A stretch of 63,083 nucleotides of DNA, filler included. It is 3 parts of 3 records of this genome, joined end to end, with 100 filler letters (N's around TTAATTAATTAA, not from the genome) between each part and the next. Parts side by side here need not be neighbours in the genome. Positions count along the whole stretch, not along the records: positions 1 to 31,531 come from DRR723986_14739; 2 more parts are not named here. One strand, given 5' to 3'. This document shows, piece by piece, positions 8,001-16,759 of this stretch (positions are counted from its first letter, which is position 1; every line of letters begins with the position of its first letter). The notes under the pieces were generated by a model. The model searched no databases and was not told where the DNA came from. It saw nothing but the letters and a program-made list of their open reading frames with translations. The position numbers and the translations under genes were made by a program.

Positions 8001-9305
8001 ATGAATGAGAGCCAGACGAAATTGACTGCTGCGGAAGCAAAAGGCCTTCGCACTGCCAAGGAGCTTGAAGCTCATCTTGCTTGGCTGGAAACCTTCACAC
8101 CTGCGGCGCTCGGCGTTCTGGCAATCGCTTCCGGTATCTACACCTACCTGGGTGTGTCCTCTCTGCTGGAGGATACGGGTGCGATGAGTTTCTTCGCGGC
8201 GGTGGCCTATTCCGTCGCCGTGTCAGTCGGGATTTTCGTATTCTGGAGCTACATGCTTCGGCTCATGCCCGCGATGCGCAGTGCGGCGGGTTTCATCGGG
8301 CTTTCGGTTTCAATGCTTGTGGGGTCGGCTGCAATCATTGCCATGTCGAGCTGGCTCAACGCGGCCGCGCTTGCAGGCTCAGCTGCTGTCGAACAGCACC
8401 TGGATACGACAGTCCGCGACTACCAGGCGGCTTTGGAGCAGGCACATGAGATCGCCCTTTCGGGCCAGGCTCTCGGTCGTGAGGTTCAACGTGCAAAGGA
8501 AGCATTCGAAGCACTCGCCCAACAGGAACGCTCCGGCGAGCTCTCAGGCACAGCGGGTGAAGGCGCAGTCTTTCGAGTTCTGACGCAAAAAACAGAAGAG
8601 CTCCAGAACCTTGAGGAGCAGATTTCAGAACAAAAGCCACTGATCGACTCCGCCTTTGCCCGGGGCAACGAAATCCTTGGGCGCATGCGAGCCCTGACGG
8701 TTGCCCCCGGCCCGGTTGAACAAAGGTCGGTCGCGTTTTCGGAGGAAAGCGTGCGTCTTGCCGGCGTTATTGCAAACCTGAACCAGTACTCCGTTGCACC
8801 GCTCGTCGCTCGAGCTGCCGAAGATCTGCCCGCATCTGTTGTTCTTCCCGAACTTGATGGCCGAAACAGCAGCGTTCGGGACGCTCAATCAAGCACCATC
8901 GCATCGGTGTTGAACGCCCTCGACCAACGCAGCCAGACCCTGCGGCGCGCAGCCGATGACGTGCTGGCGTTGGAGCCACCACAGGAGACGGCCTATAATC
9001 CGATCTCAAGCGCCGACGCTGTGATCAGGTACGCAGGCAACTTTGTCCCCTCATGGGCTGGTGCTATCGCGATCGACCTCCTGCCCGCCGTTCTGGTCTT
9101 TGTGGTCGCAATCACCCAGGCATCGATCCGTAGCGGCCGGGATGGGCTGAGCATCGAGGAAACCCTGACGCTCGCAGACCTCAAGGCAGCAATCAATGCG
9201 ATGAAGGATGTCGAGGCTTCGATGGGGGCGGCAGACAAGGAAGTCTTGCGCCGTGTCGCAAATGCGGAAACTTCCGAACCCGCAAACCTGAATGCCGCGG
9301 AGTAG
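8001..9305 (+). CDS. Hypothetical membrane protein with periplasmic coiled-coil region
   Basis: 434 aa; GAGG RBS; three N-terminal TM helices, an Ala/Glu/Gln-rich helical region and one late TM helix. Confidence 0.85.
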   Translation: MNESQTKLTAAEAKGLRTAKELEAHLAWLETFTPAALGVLAIASGIYTYLGVSSLLEDTGAMSFFAAVAYSVAVSVGIFVFWSYMLRLMPAMRSAAGFIGLSVSMLVGSAAIIAMSSWLNAAALAGSAAVEQHLDTTVRDYQAALEQAHEIALSGQALGREVQRAKEAFEALAQQERSGELSGTAGEGAVFRVLTQKTEELQNLEEQISEQKPLIDSAFARGNEILGRMRALTVAPGPVEQRSVAFSEESVRLAGVIANLNQYSVAPLVARAAEDLPASVVLPELDGRNSSVRDAQSSTIASVLNALDQRSQTLRRAADDVLALEPPQETAYNPISSADAVIRYAGNFVPSWAGAIAIDLLPAVLVFVVAITQASIRSGRDGLSIEETLTLADLKAAINAMKDVEASMGAADKEVLRRVANAETSEPANLNAAE

Positions 9306-9311
9306 CACGAC

Positions 9312-10103
9312 GTGTTTTCCGAGCGCCTTGATACGTCGCGGATAACCATTCAGCGCAGCCTGAAGTGGGTTTTGGTCGCCCAGGCGATCTTGGCAGCCTT
9401 GTTGGTGCTCTCGCATCTGCAGGCTCAATTGACCTCGGGGGGTGGCGGCAACGATGCACTGCCGTCCGGACCCACGACACCCGGCGATCAAGTGAGACAC
9501 TACGATCCATCTCGAAGCTTTCCCGACTTCATGCGGACACCCGCCCCGTCGACTGTCAAAATTCCAGGTGACATGCCTCCCAGGCTTCAGTTTGAAGTGA
9601 TCGACAGGGGCGAATTGGGGGAAGCGATTTTCCTGAAGGGCCGGATCTCATCTGGAGACGCCGAACGCTTCACGAGCTTCCTGGCCAGCCTGGAAGAAGC
9701 CCCCAAAGTGGTTTCGCTCCATAGCCCCGGTGGCAATGTGAGTGAGGCATTTGAAATTGGTCGTAGCTTGCGCGCAGCTGAGCTGGATACCACCATGCTG
9801 CCTGGTTTGGTGTGCCTTTCGTCGTGTCCTTACATCTTTGCAGCCGGTGTCAATCGTTCAGCCTCCAAGGATGCTGCCGTAGGCATGCATCAGCACTACT
9901 ATGACACCCCCGGCTACATGCCTGTTTTCCTGGCGGTGGAAGAGATTCAGTACGGCCAGGGGGAAACGATGGAATACCTGATCGAGATGGGTATCGATCC
10001 AGGCCTGATGGTCCATTCTCTCAATACGCCCCCCAAGGAAATCTACATCCTGGTTGAAGATGAGCTTCTCGGCACCCGGCTCGCGACGGAAATCCTGGAC
10101 TGA
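9312..10103 (+). CDS. Membrane-anchored periplasmic protein, COG3904-like (ClpP/crotonase-type fold)
   Basis: N-terminal TM helix; GRISSGDAERF, VSLHSPGGNV, CLSSCPYIFAAG and VGMHQ motifs. Confidence 0.7.
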   Translation: MFSERLDTSRITIQRSLKWVLVAQAILAALLVLSHLQAQLTSGGGGNDALPSGPTTPGDQVRHYDPSRSFPDFMRTPAPSTVKIPGDMPPRLQFEVIDRGELGEAIFLKGRISSGDAERFTSFLASLEEAPKVVSLHSPGGNVSEAFEIGRSLRAAELDTTMLPGLVCLSSCPYIFAAGVNRSASKDAAVGMHQHYYDTPGYMPVFLAVEEIQYGQGETMEYLIEMGIDPGLMVHSLNTPPKEIYILVEDELLGTRLATEILD

Positions 10104-10273
10104 GTGCCGTTCAGCAGAGGCCCATTGACGACCTGGCGGCAAGGCTGCCGCCGTGAACGTCGGGTTTCGGGACAAGATTTCGAGCTGGCAGATGACCGAA
10201 CAGGAGACACCAAGTTGCCAATAATCCAATAGGTGTTAAATGACTGCTTTGGGCCCGATAACACGAGTAAGAT

Positions 10274-10639
10274 ATGAGTCCTGAACTAGAGAGCTTTTTG
10301 CAAGAGCGTGTATTGCCCAGTTATAGGGACATCGTGCTTCGGTTCTGCCGGCAGATGTCCGAGATTGCACCCGAAGCGACACAGCGCATGCGGGGTGGCA
10401 CGGAAAAGTATTATTCAGTGCCAGTTTACAGAGTTAACCGAGACATTGTGGCTATCAGCCCAACCAAAACTGGCGTTACATTTTCATTTACTCATGGCGC
10501 GAGTTTTGACGACCCACATGGATTTCTAAAAGGTTCGGGCAAGAAGTCACGAAATATTCGGGTTTCGAAGATTAGCAACTACCCAACCAACGAGATGGCA
10601 GGCTTCATTAAACAAGCTGTGGCGCTGGACACCGAATAG
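10274..10639 (+). CDS. DUF1801 (YdhG-like) protein
   Basis: 121 aa; VTFSFTHGASFDDPHGFLKGSGKKSRNIRV motif. Confidence 0.8.
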   Translation: MSPELESFLQERVLPSYRDIVLRFCRQMSEIAPEATQRMRGGTEKYYSVPVYRVNRDIVAISPTKTGVTFSFTHGASFDDPHGFLKGSGKKSRNIRVSKISNYPTNEMAGFIKQAVALDTE

Positions 10640-10940
10640 TCTCGGTCCAGATGAACGGCAACTTTCTCCACAAAGTTGCCTATCGTATCGCGTTACGCCA
10701 TCGTCAGACGGCTCCCACAAAACCACCAGCGCATCATTCAAGGGAACCGGCTGCTCACCGACGATGGGGCAAGGCATACTCGGCTGGCAAGGGACAACCT
10801 TCAAACTCAGCCCGGCTTGCCGGAGACATGATACGGACCAAGAAGAGAGTTCCCTGGAACTGTATCAGCGGCGCCGTCCGCGCCGTATGCTTCCAGCCGG
10901 CGTCGAACAGCAGCCACCGGGTCTGAGTCCGCTCCAAAAG

Positions 10941-11831
10941 CTACAGATGCAACTGGCCAGTTGCAGTGAGCACAGCGGAACCGGTCAGTTCAACAGCGTC
11001 AGGGCGCACGAGAATCCGAATATGGCTTTCCCTACCCATACCAACCCCTTGCACGACCGTGAACGTTTCTTGTCCCCCAGCACCGCTGCGGTTGGCCAAT
11101 AACCACCCCAGTGGGCCTGCGGCACTTCCTGTTGCCGGGTCTTCCCGAATGCCTACGGTTGGATTGAAGAAGCGAGCATAGGCTTCCCCACTCTGTTCAC
11201 CAGATGTCGTGAATACATAACATCCTTGCGCGCCGGCACGCTCCAACAGCGGAAGAAGCATGGAGGCGTTAGGCTCCGCGCGGTCAACTTCGTCGCGGGA
11301 AACGAGCCTGACGAGCATATGCGCCGCACCAGTGGAGACCACGACCGCCTCCTGCGGCCCAAGGGCCGGTTCAGTCTTGTCGAGCCCCAGTGCTTCGGCA
11401 AGCGCCTGCAAGTCCCCGACGTCGCCGATATGGCGCGGCATGGCCTGAGACAGGGAGACAGTGGCCCGTCCATTTTCCCGTCCGATCGAAACTGGAAGAA
11501 GCTCGTCCCCCAGTTGCTGAACAAACGAGGTGCGTTCACGTAATTGACCCGTTTCTGCCAACCACCACCAGACACCTAGTGCGTTATGGCCGACACCAAA
11601 CACTTCGTCTCCGGTCGGCGTAAACGATCTAATTCGAAAGTCCGCAGAAGCCTCTGTAGGCGCCAGGACAAATGATGTCTCCGATAAATTGAATTCGACG
11701 GCGATCGCGCGCATCGTGTGCTCGTCCAGGTCATCCGCGTCAGCAACCACAGCAAGAGGATTGCCGCGCAGCGGCCTCTCGGCAAACACATCGACGATCG
11801 CATACTGTTGAATTTTATTCGTGGCATTCAT
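10941..11831 (-). CDS. PhzF-family isomerase/epimerase
   Basis: VDVFAERPLRGNPLAVV, NLSETSFV, RSFTP and EDPATGSA motifs; ATG at 11831 with GAGG RBS. Confidence 0.9.
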   Translation of the reverse strand: MNATNKIQQYAIVDVFAERPLRGNPLAVVADADDLDEHTMRAIAVEFNLSETSFVLAPTEASADFRIRSFTPTGDEVFGVGHNALGVWWWLAETGQLRERTSFVQQLGDELLPVSIGRENGRATVSLSQAMPRHIGDVGDLQALAEALGLDKTEPALGPQEAVVVSTGAAHMLVRLVSRDEVDRAEPNASMLLPLLERAGAQGCYVFTTSGEQSGEAYARFFNPTVGIREDPATGSAAGPLGWLLANRSGAGGQETFTVVQGVGMGRESHIRILVRPDAVELTGSAVLTATGQLHL

Positions 11832-11926
11832 TTGAATTCCTCTCTGTTTTGCGAAGAATTCTCTTGAAAACGCGAGATTTAGCAATCTAATCTATTTCAA
11901 CAGTATTGAGAAAAATTGCAAATCAG

Positions 11927-12808
11927 ATGCCACAACCGTCTCTAAAGTCACTACAGGCAGCGGAAGCTGTAGGCCGTTTAGGCAGTTTGTCGCGGGCGGC
12001 ATCCAGCCTCAATGTGACGCCAAGTGCTGTGAGCCACCAACTACGTCTGCTTGAGGCGCAACTCGAGGTAACGCTGTTCGACAGGACGGATACGGGCTTG
12101 GTTCCCACCGCGAAGGGCAGGTTGCTTTTGCCAAAACTCACGGAAGGGTTTCAGGTGATTTCGGACGGGTTAGCCGAGATAAGCGCCAAGCCTCGACCCT
12201 TGCTTACCGTTTCGTGCGGTCTCGCTTTTGCCGCGCGTTTTCTTGTGCCGCGTCTGGTGAACTGGAACGCGGAACATCCGGATACAGAGATTAGGCTCGT
12301 CACCACCAGCCGACTGGTCGATTTCGATCGGGAAGACATCGACATAGCCATCAGATTTGGCAAAGGCGAGTGGCCGGATGTGAAAACCGAAAAGATCGTG
12401 GACCAGTCGATCGAACTCGTCTGCACTCCTGGCCTCAGCAAAGCATTCCTTGCCCAGGCAACAGCCTCCAAAGTTCCGCTCATAGTTGATGAGCAAAGCC
12501 TTGTTTCCTGGCCCCAGTGGTCTTCCAGTGTAGGCAATAAGTATCTCGACCCTTCCCGACACCCGGTAGTCCGTGTGCCTGACGCGTCACTATCGTACGA
12601 GGCTGCTGTTTCCGGTCAGGGCCTGTGGCTGGCATGGCCTGTTCTGACGCGTGACGCCGTTGCCTCCGGCATTCTGGTGAGACCAGACATTCCGAGATGG
12701 AATGCAAATCTCGGATACTGGGCTGTATCGACAGCATCAAGATGGCGCCGGCCTCAAGTCAGGAAATTTCGCGCCTGGCTGCACCAAACCTGCGCAGCGG
12801 CTGTTTGA
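11927..12808 (+). CDS. LysR-family regulator (GcvA-like), divergent from the PhzF-like gene
   Basis: HTH (AASSLNVTPSAVSHQLRLLE), LVPRL and DIDIAIRFGKGEW motifs. Confidence 0.92.
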   Translation: MPQPSLKSLQAAEAVGRLGSLSRAASSLNVTPSAVSHQLRLLEAQLEVTLFDRTDTGLVPTAKGRLLLPKLTEGFQVISDGLAEISAKPRPLLTVSCGLAFAARFLVPRLVNWNAEHPDTEIRLVTTSRLVDFDREDIDIAIRFGKGEWPDVKTEKIVDQSIELVCTPGLSKAFLAQATASKVPLIVDEQSLVSWPQWSSSVGNKYLDPSRHPVVRVPDASLSYEAAVSGQGLWLAWPVLTRDAVASGILVRPDIPRWNANLGYWAVSTASRWRRPQVRKFRAWLHQTCAAAV

Positions 12809-13076
12809 GGCAGTGGGCATTTCGACAAACCAAAAATGTCGCTGATCTCAATGTGCAGTGCCGATCAGCGAGTATGCGCAGGACACGTTTCCGGATGCGG
12901 TCATGACGAGCTTCATGTTGCAAGACCACTGTTCGGAGAGGCAATGACAAGAATGCCCACTTTGCTGACTGATACTTGCATCGGAAAAAAACGCGTCGGC
13001 TGACAGAGACTGCCCAGGGACTGCCGTCAGTTTTCCGATGGGCACTTTGAGCTGGCCTTGGCCAGAGCAACAAGCG

Positions 13077-13976
13077 TTATTTGCCGGAAGAGACGTCAGC
13101 GACGCAGCGATGGAGATGTCGTGCCAGCGTCGTTGCTGCTGCTTTCGCCTCCTTGTGTTTCGGTCGAACCAGATGGAATGCGCCATCTGGAAACAGCGGC
13201 TGGTCCCGGAACACCGCGAGCTGCCCCTGCCGCAGCAGGTCGCTTGAATTCGAAACCCATCCCAGCATCACTCCCATCCCGGCAATCGCAGCCTGGGTGG
13301 CCTGAACGTAGTTGCTGAACGTCCGGTTGCCCTGCCCGCTTCCGGAAAGGCCCATAGCATCGAAATATTGATCCCACCTCGGCCAGCATTCATCCTCAGC
13401 CTCGACATGCAATAAAGTCGCCTTTGCCAAATCGCCGTTGCCGAGACGCATCATGGCCTCCGGACTGCAGACTGGTATCAGGCGCTCGCGAAACAGAAGT
13501 TCGCTTTCGCCATCGGCCCAGTCTCCGGAACCATAGCGAATGAGTAGATCCGTTTCGGAGGCAAACTGCGGGATCAAGTTCGTGGTCGAGACTTTCACGG
13601 TAATTTCGGGATGCTGGTTATAGAACTCGGCAAGGCGCGGCATCAGCCAATAGGTGCCGGTACAGATGGTACAGGCCACTGTCACTATATTTTGGTCGGC
13701 ACTTTCCATCGCCTTTATATGATCCACCGCCCGCCCGATCTGATCGAATCCGCTCGAAACTCCCTGAAGCAAGATCCGTCCGGCTTCCGTTAACGCGGCC
13801 GGCCGGACCCGGCGATCCAGTAACTTTGTTCCCACGTGGTCCTCAAGATTTCGCAGCGCCTGGCTGACCGCGGGTTGAGTCACGTTCAACTCCGCAGCGG
13901 CGTTCTGCACTCCTCCGGTGCGCAGAACCGCTTCGAAGGTCGTGAGAAGGCGAAGTGGCGGAATCTCGCGCCTCAT
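13077..13976 (-). CDS. LysR-family regulator (GcvA-like)
   Basis: IPPLRLLTTFEAV, AAAELNVTQPAVSQ, WLMPRL and AAIAGMGV motifs. Confidence 0.92.
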   Translation of the reverse strand: MRREIPPLRLLTTFEAVLRTGGVQNAAAELNVTQPAVSQALRNLEDHVGTKLLDRRVRPAALTEAGRILLQGVSSGFDQIGRAVDHIKAMESADQNIVTVACTICTGTYWLMPRLAEFYNQHPEITVKVSTTNLIPQFASETDLLIRYGSGDWADGESELLFRERLIPVCSPEAMMRLGNGDLAKATLLHVEAEDECWPRWDQYFDAMGLSGSGQGNRTFSNYVQATQAAIAGMGVMLGWVSNSSDLLRQGQLAVFRDQPLFPDGAFHLVRPKHKEAKAAATTLARHLHRCVADVSSGK

Positions 13977-14100
13977 TTATATAACCTCATGATTATGTTG
14001 GATTAGAATTTACCATCTTCCAACTATATGATTTTTTTGAAAAAATTAAAACACCGAACGAAAAATTGCTTTCGAAATTCAAACTTGCATAAGCAGAGAG

Positions 14101-14877
14101 ATGTTGATGAGAGAGACGGCTTCCCCTACCCCGACCAAGGAGTTAAACGCGGCCGAGGTTCAGTCCTTGCGGATAGATCTGGCAGCAGCTTTTCGACTGA
14201 CCGTTCTGTTTGACTGGCATGAGTCCGTAGGCAACCATTTCAGTGCCGCGGTTTCCGCGAATGGGACACGCTTTCTGATGAACCCGCGCTCGCATCACTT
14301 TGGCGAAATGCGAGCGAGCGACCTTATTCTTCTCGATGCGGACGACGCGAGCGTGATGTCCCGACCGAATGCGCCCGATCCCTCCGGCTGGACTATCCAT
14401 GGAGCAGTACATCGTCAGTGTCCTGACGCCCGTGTCCTGCTGCATTGCCACCCGCCCTATGCCACTGCACTTGCAAGCTTGTATAATCCGGAAATGCTGC
14501 CCATTGACCAGAACACAGCGCGTTTCTTCGGAAAACTCGGTGTCGACCTGGATTTCGACGGGATCGCCAACGATGCGGAAGAAGGTGAGCGACTGGCTGC
14601 CGCATTCCAAAACAAATGCGCTCTCCTCATGGGAAATCACGGCGTCAGCGTTACCGGCCCTACAGTCGCGGAAGCATTCGAAGAACTGTATTTCCTGGAA
14701 CGCGCGGCCAAGACCCTCGTTCTCGCTTATTCAACGGGACGTTCGCTCAGTATCATGTCCGACGACCTGGCGCAGAAGACAGCCGACGGCTGGCTCCCCT
14801 ACAGAGACCAGGCATTTGCGCATTTCGACTATCTGAAACGGCAACTCGACAAAACGGACCCCTCCTATCGCGACTGA
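14101..14877 (+). CDS. Class II aldolase/adducin-family protein
   Basis: RIDLAAAFR, NHFS, IHGAVH, LLHCHPPYATAL and LLMGNHGV metal-binding motifs. Confidence 0.9.
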   Translation: MLMRETASPTPTKELNAAEVQSLRIDLAAAFRLTVLFDWHESVGNHFSAAVSANGTRFLMNPRSHHFGEMRASDLILLDADDASVMSRPNAPDPSGWTIHGAVHRQCPDARVLLHCHPPYATALASLYNPEMLPIDQNTARFFGKLGVDLDFDGIANDAEEGERLAAAFQNKCALLMGNHGVSVTGPTVAEAFEELYFLERAAKTLVLAYSTGRSLSIMSDDLAQKTADGWLPYRDQAFAHFDYLKRQLDKTDPSYRD

Positions 14878-14911
14878 CAGGAAACAATCATCTTGAAAAT
14901 GGAGAGCTTGA

Positions 14912-15631
14912 ATGACGAAACCTGAGGTTCTGTTCTTCGACGTTCTGGGAACGGTCGTCGACTGGCGCGGCAGCATTGCGGCAGAGGTATCCTCGTTTCT
15001 GGAGCGCAACAACGCAGCGCACATTGACGCCGGCGCGTTGGCAGATGCCTGGGTCGGACGATACGACAGTTCTGTCGAGCCTATTCGCCGGGGTCTGCAA
15101 TCCTTTGCCACATTGGACGTGGTCAACTTGTCTAATCTGGAGGGCACCCTGGAGGAATTCGGGTTGAAAATCTCCGAGTTGCCTCACGCAGAATTTGTCC
15201 ACCTTAACCAGGCATGGCATCGCCTCAAGCCGTGGCCCGATTCCGTGAAAGGGATATCCAACATGAAGGAACGATTTGTCGTTGCTCCGCTGTCGGATGG
15301 GCACACGAGACTTCTGGTGAACATGGCAAAACACGGCGGCTTGCCATGGGATACAATCATTGGTGCGGATATCTCCAGAACTTACAAACCAATGCCGCAA
15401 GCCTATCTGCGCGCCTGCGAGGTGTTGGGGGTAAAACCTCACAATGCGATGCTGATTGCCGCGCACGACTACGATCTACGTGCCGCACGTGAATGCGGGT
15501 TCAAAACAGCCCTCGTCGTCCGCGAGAACGCACAAGATCCGTCTAAAACTGGCGAGCCCGGGTCGAGCGAAGATTGGGATTTCAGCGCAGGCAATCTGAT
15601 CGAGCTCGCAAATATCCTGTTGGCGGCCTAA
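14912..15631 (+). CDS. Haloacid dehalogenase type II (HAD superfamily)
   Basis: FDVLGTVVDWR, AWHRLKPWPD, YKP and AAHDYDL motifs. Confidence 0.88.
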   Translation: MTKPEVLFFDVLGTVVDWRGSIAAEVSSFLERNNAAHIDAGALADAWVGRYDSSVEPIRRGLQSFATLDVVNLSNLEGTLEEFGLKISELPHAEFVHLNQAWHRLKPWPDSVKGISNMKERFVVAPLSDGHTRLLVNMAKHGGLPWDTIIGADISRTYKPMPQAYLRACEVLGVKPHNAMLIAAHDYDLRAARECGFKTALVVRENAQDPSKTGEPGSSEDWDFSAGNLIELANILLAA

Positions 15632-15862
15632 ATCCCCCATGACGACGATCCGAAACGGCCGGCAAGTCGGGCATCTGCTGTCTTGTCGGTCCGTCTCTGG
15701 TTTGCGGTGCTCTTTAGGGCCGCTGGATTGGTGTTCCTGAGCCTCGCACCGGGCTCAAACAGCGAAGGCTGACACTGCAATCACGGGCCGAATTCGGTGT
15801 AAGAGAAGCGCTGCCAGTTCAAAACAATGTTGCTCGGGTATAGCGGGCCAAACCCCATCAGC

Positions 15863-16759
15863 TCACTGCCTCGCCCGAGCAAGGACACCATATTCGCCCC
15901 CATGCGTGACACCGTGATCGATACCCGACAGATACCGGGTCTTGAATTCGGTCACCGTTCCCAGATCCGTCATTTCATAGCCCCGGTCGGCCAGGAAGCT
16001 CTTGATCGTGCCATGGGCGATCCGCCAATGGATGCTTTCGCCTTTCATGCGCAAATAGGCACCAAGCAGGGGCCCGGTGTTGTTCTCCGACGCCTCCAAG
16101 GGCTCCACGCAGGTGCAAACCAACCATGGCGCGGCCCCCTGGGAGAGCGTGACCAAAGTCTCGAGCATCTCGGTAACCTGCTCTTCCGTCAGATAAGCCA
16201 TCACTCCCTCGCAGATATAGAGCGTGGTCCGTTCGGGCTGAAAGCCCGAGAACCCTCCGAGACGAGCGGCCAGGGTCTGCCGCGTGAAGTCCACGGACAG
16301 TTGATGGAGATTTTCCGCGGCTGCCATTCGCTCCCCGAGGGCCTGGGCCTTGGCCGCCCCTGTCGCCGGATGGTCGATCTCGATGAAATTGACTTCGGGA
16401 AAACGTTCGTGCAGGCGCCAGGCCAAGGTATCGAAACCGGCCCCCAGATTGACAACCTGCGTCACCCCTTCTGCCTCGATCGCGGACAGCACGGCGTCCT
16501 CGATGAACCGTTTGCGCAGGGCGTAATGCAGGGTCAGCCCCGGGACCAACAGGGTTTCCATCAAGGGAACAATCGTCCGGAACAGGGCGCTGTCGAGCTG
16601 ACGCAAGCGTTTGCGTCCTTCCTCGGTGGCGGCCAGAATAGTCTGCCCCGCCGTCAGAACATCGTCGGCGACCAATCCCTTGTAGCGGGGCTTTCTCCCC
16701 ACATACAGGAGCCCTTGAAGCACGGCATAGGCCGTGGCGCTCGCTTCATTTTCCTTCAT
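15863..16759 (-). CDS. SAM-dependent methyltransferase, leucine carboxyl methyltransferase (LCM)-like
   Basis: LRKRFIED, QVVNLGAGFDTLAWRL, EIDHP and ICEGVMAYL motifs; start overlaps the NRPS stop. Confidence 0.88.
   Translation of the reverse strand: MKENEASATAYAVLQGLLYVGRKPRYKGLVADDVLTAGQTILAATEEGRKRLRQLDSALFRTIVPLMETLLVPGLTLHYALRKRFIEDAVLSAIEAEGVTQVVNLGAGFDTLAWRLHERFPEVNFIEIDHPATGAAKAQALGERMAAAENLHQLSVDFTRQTLAARLGGFSGFQPERTTLYICEGVMAYLTEEQVTEMLETLVTLSQGAAPWLVCTCVEPLEASENNTGPLLGAYLRMKGESIHWRIAHGTIKSFLADRGYEMTDLGTVTEFKTRYLSGIDHGVTHGGEYGVLARARQ

Noticed and set aside
10690-10940. Possible transposase fragment (LNDALVVLWEPSD on the minus strand)
   Set aside because: The resemblance covers only about a dozen residues, too little to support a call.
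10941-11831. Phenazine biosynthesis
   Set aside because: A lone PhzF-family gene with no phzA/B/D/E/G; the family is widespread outside phenazine pathways.
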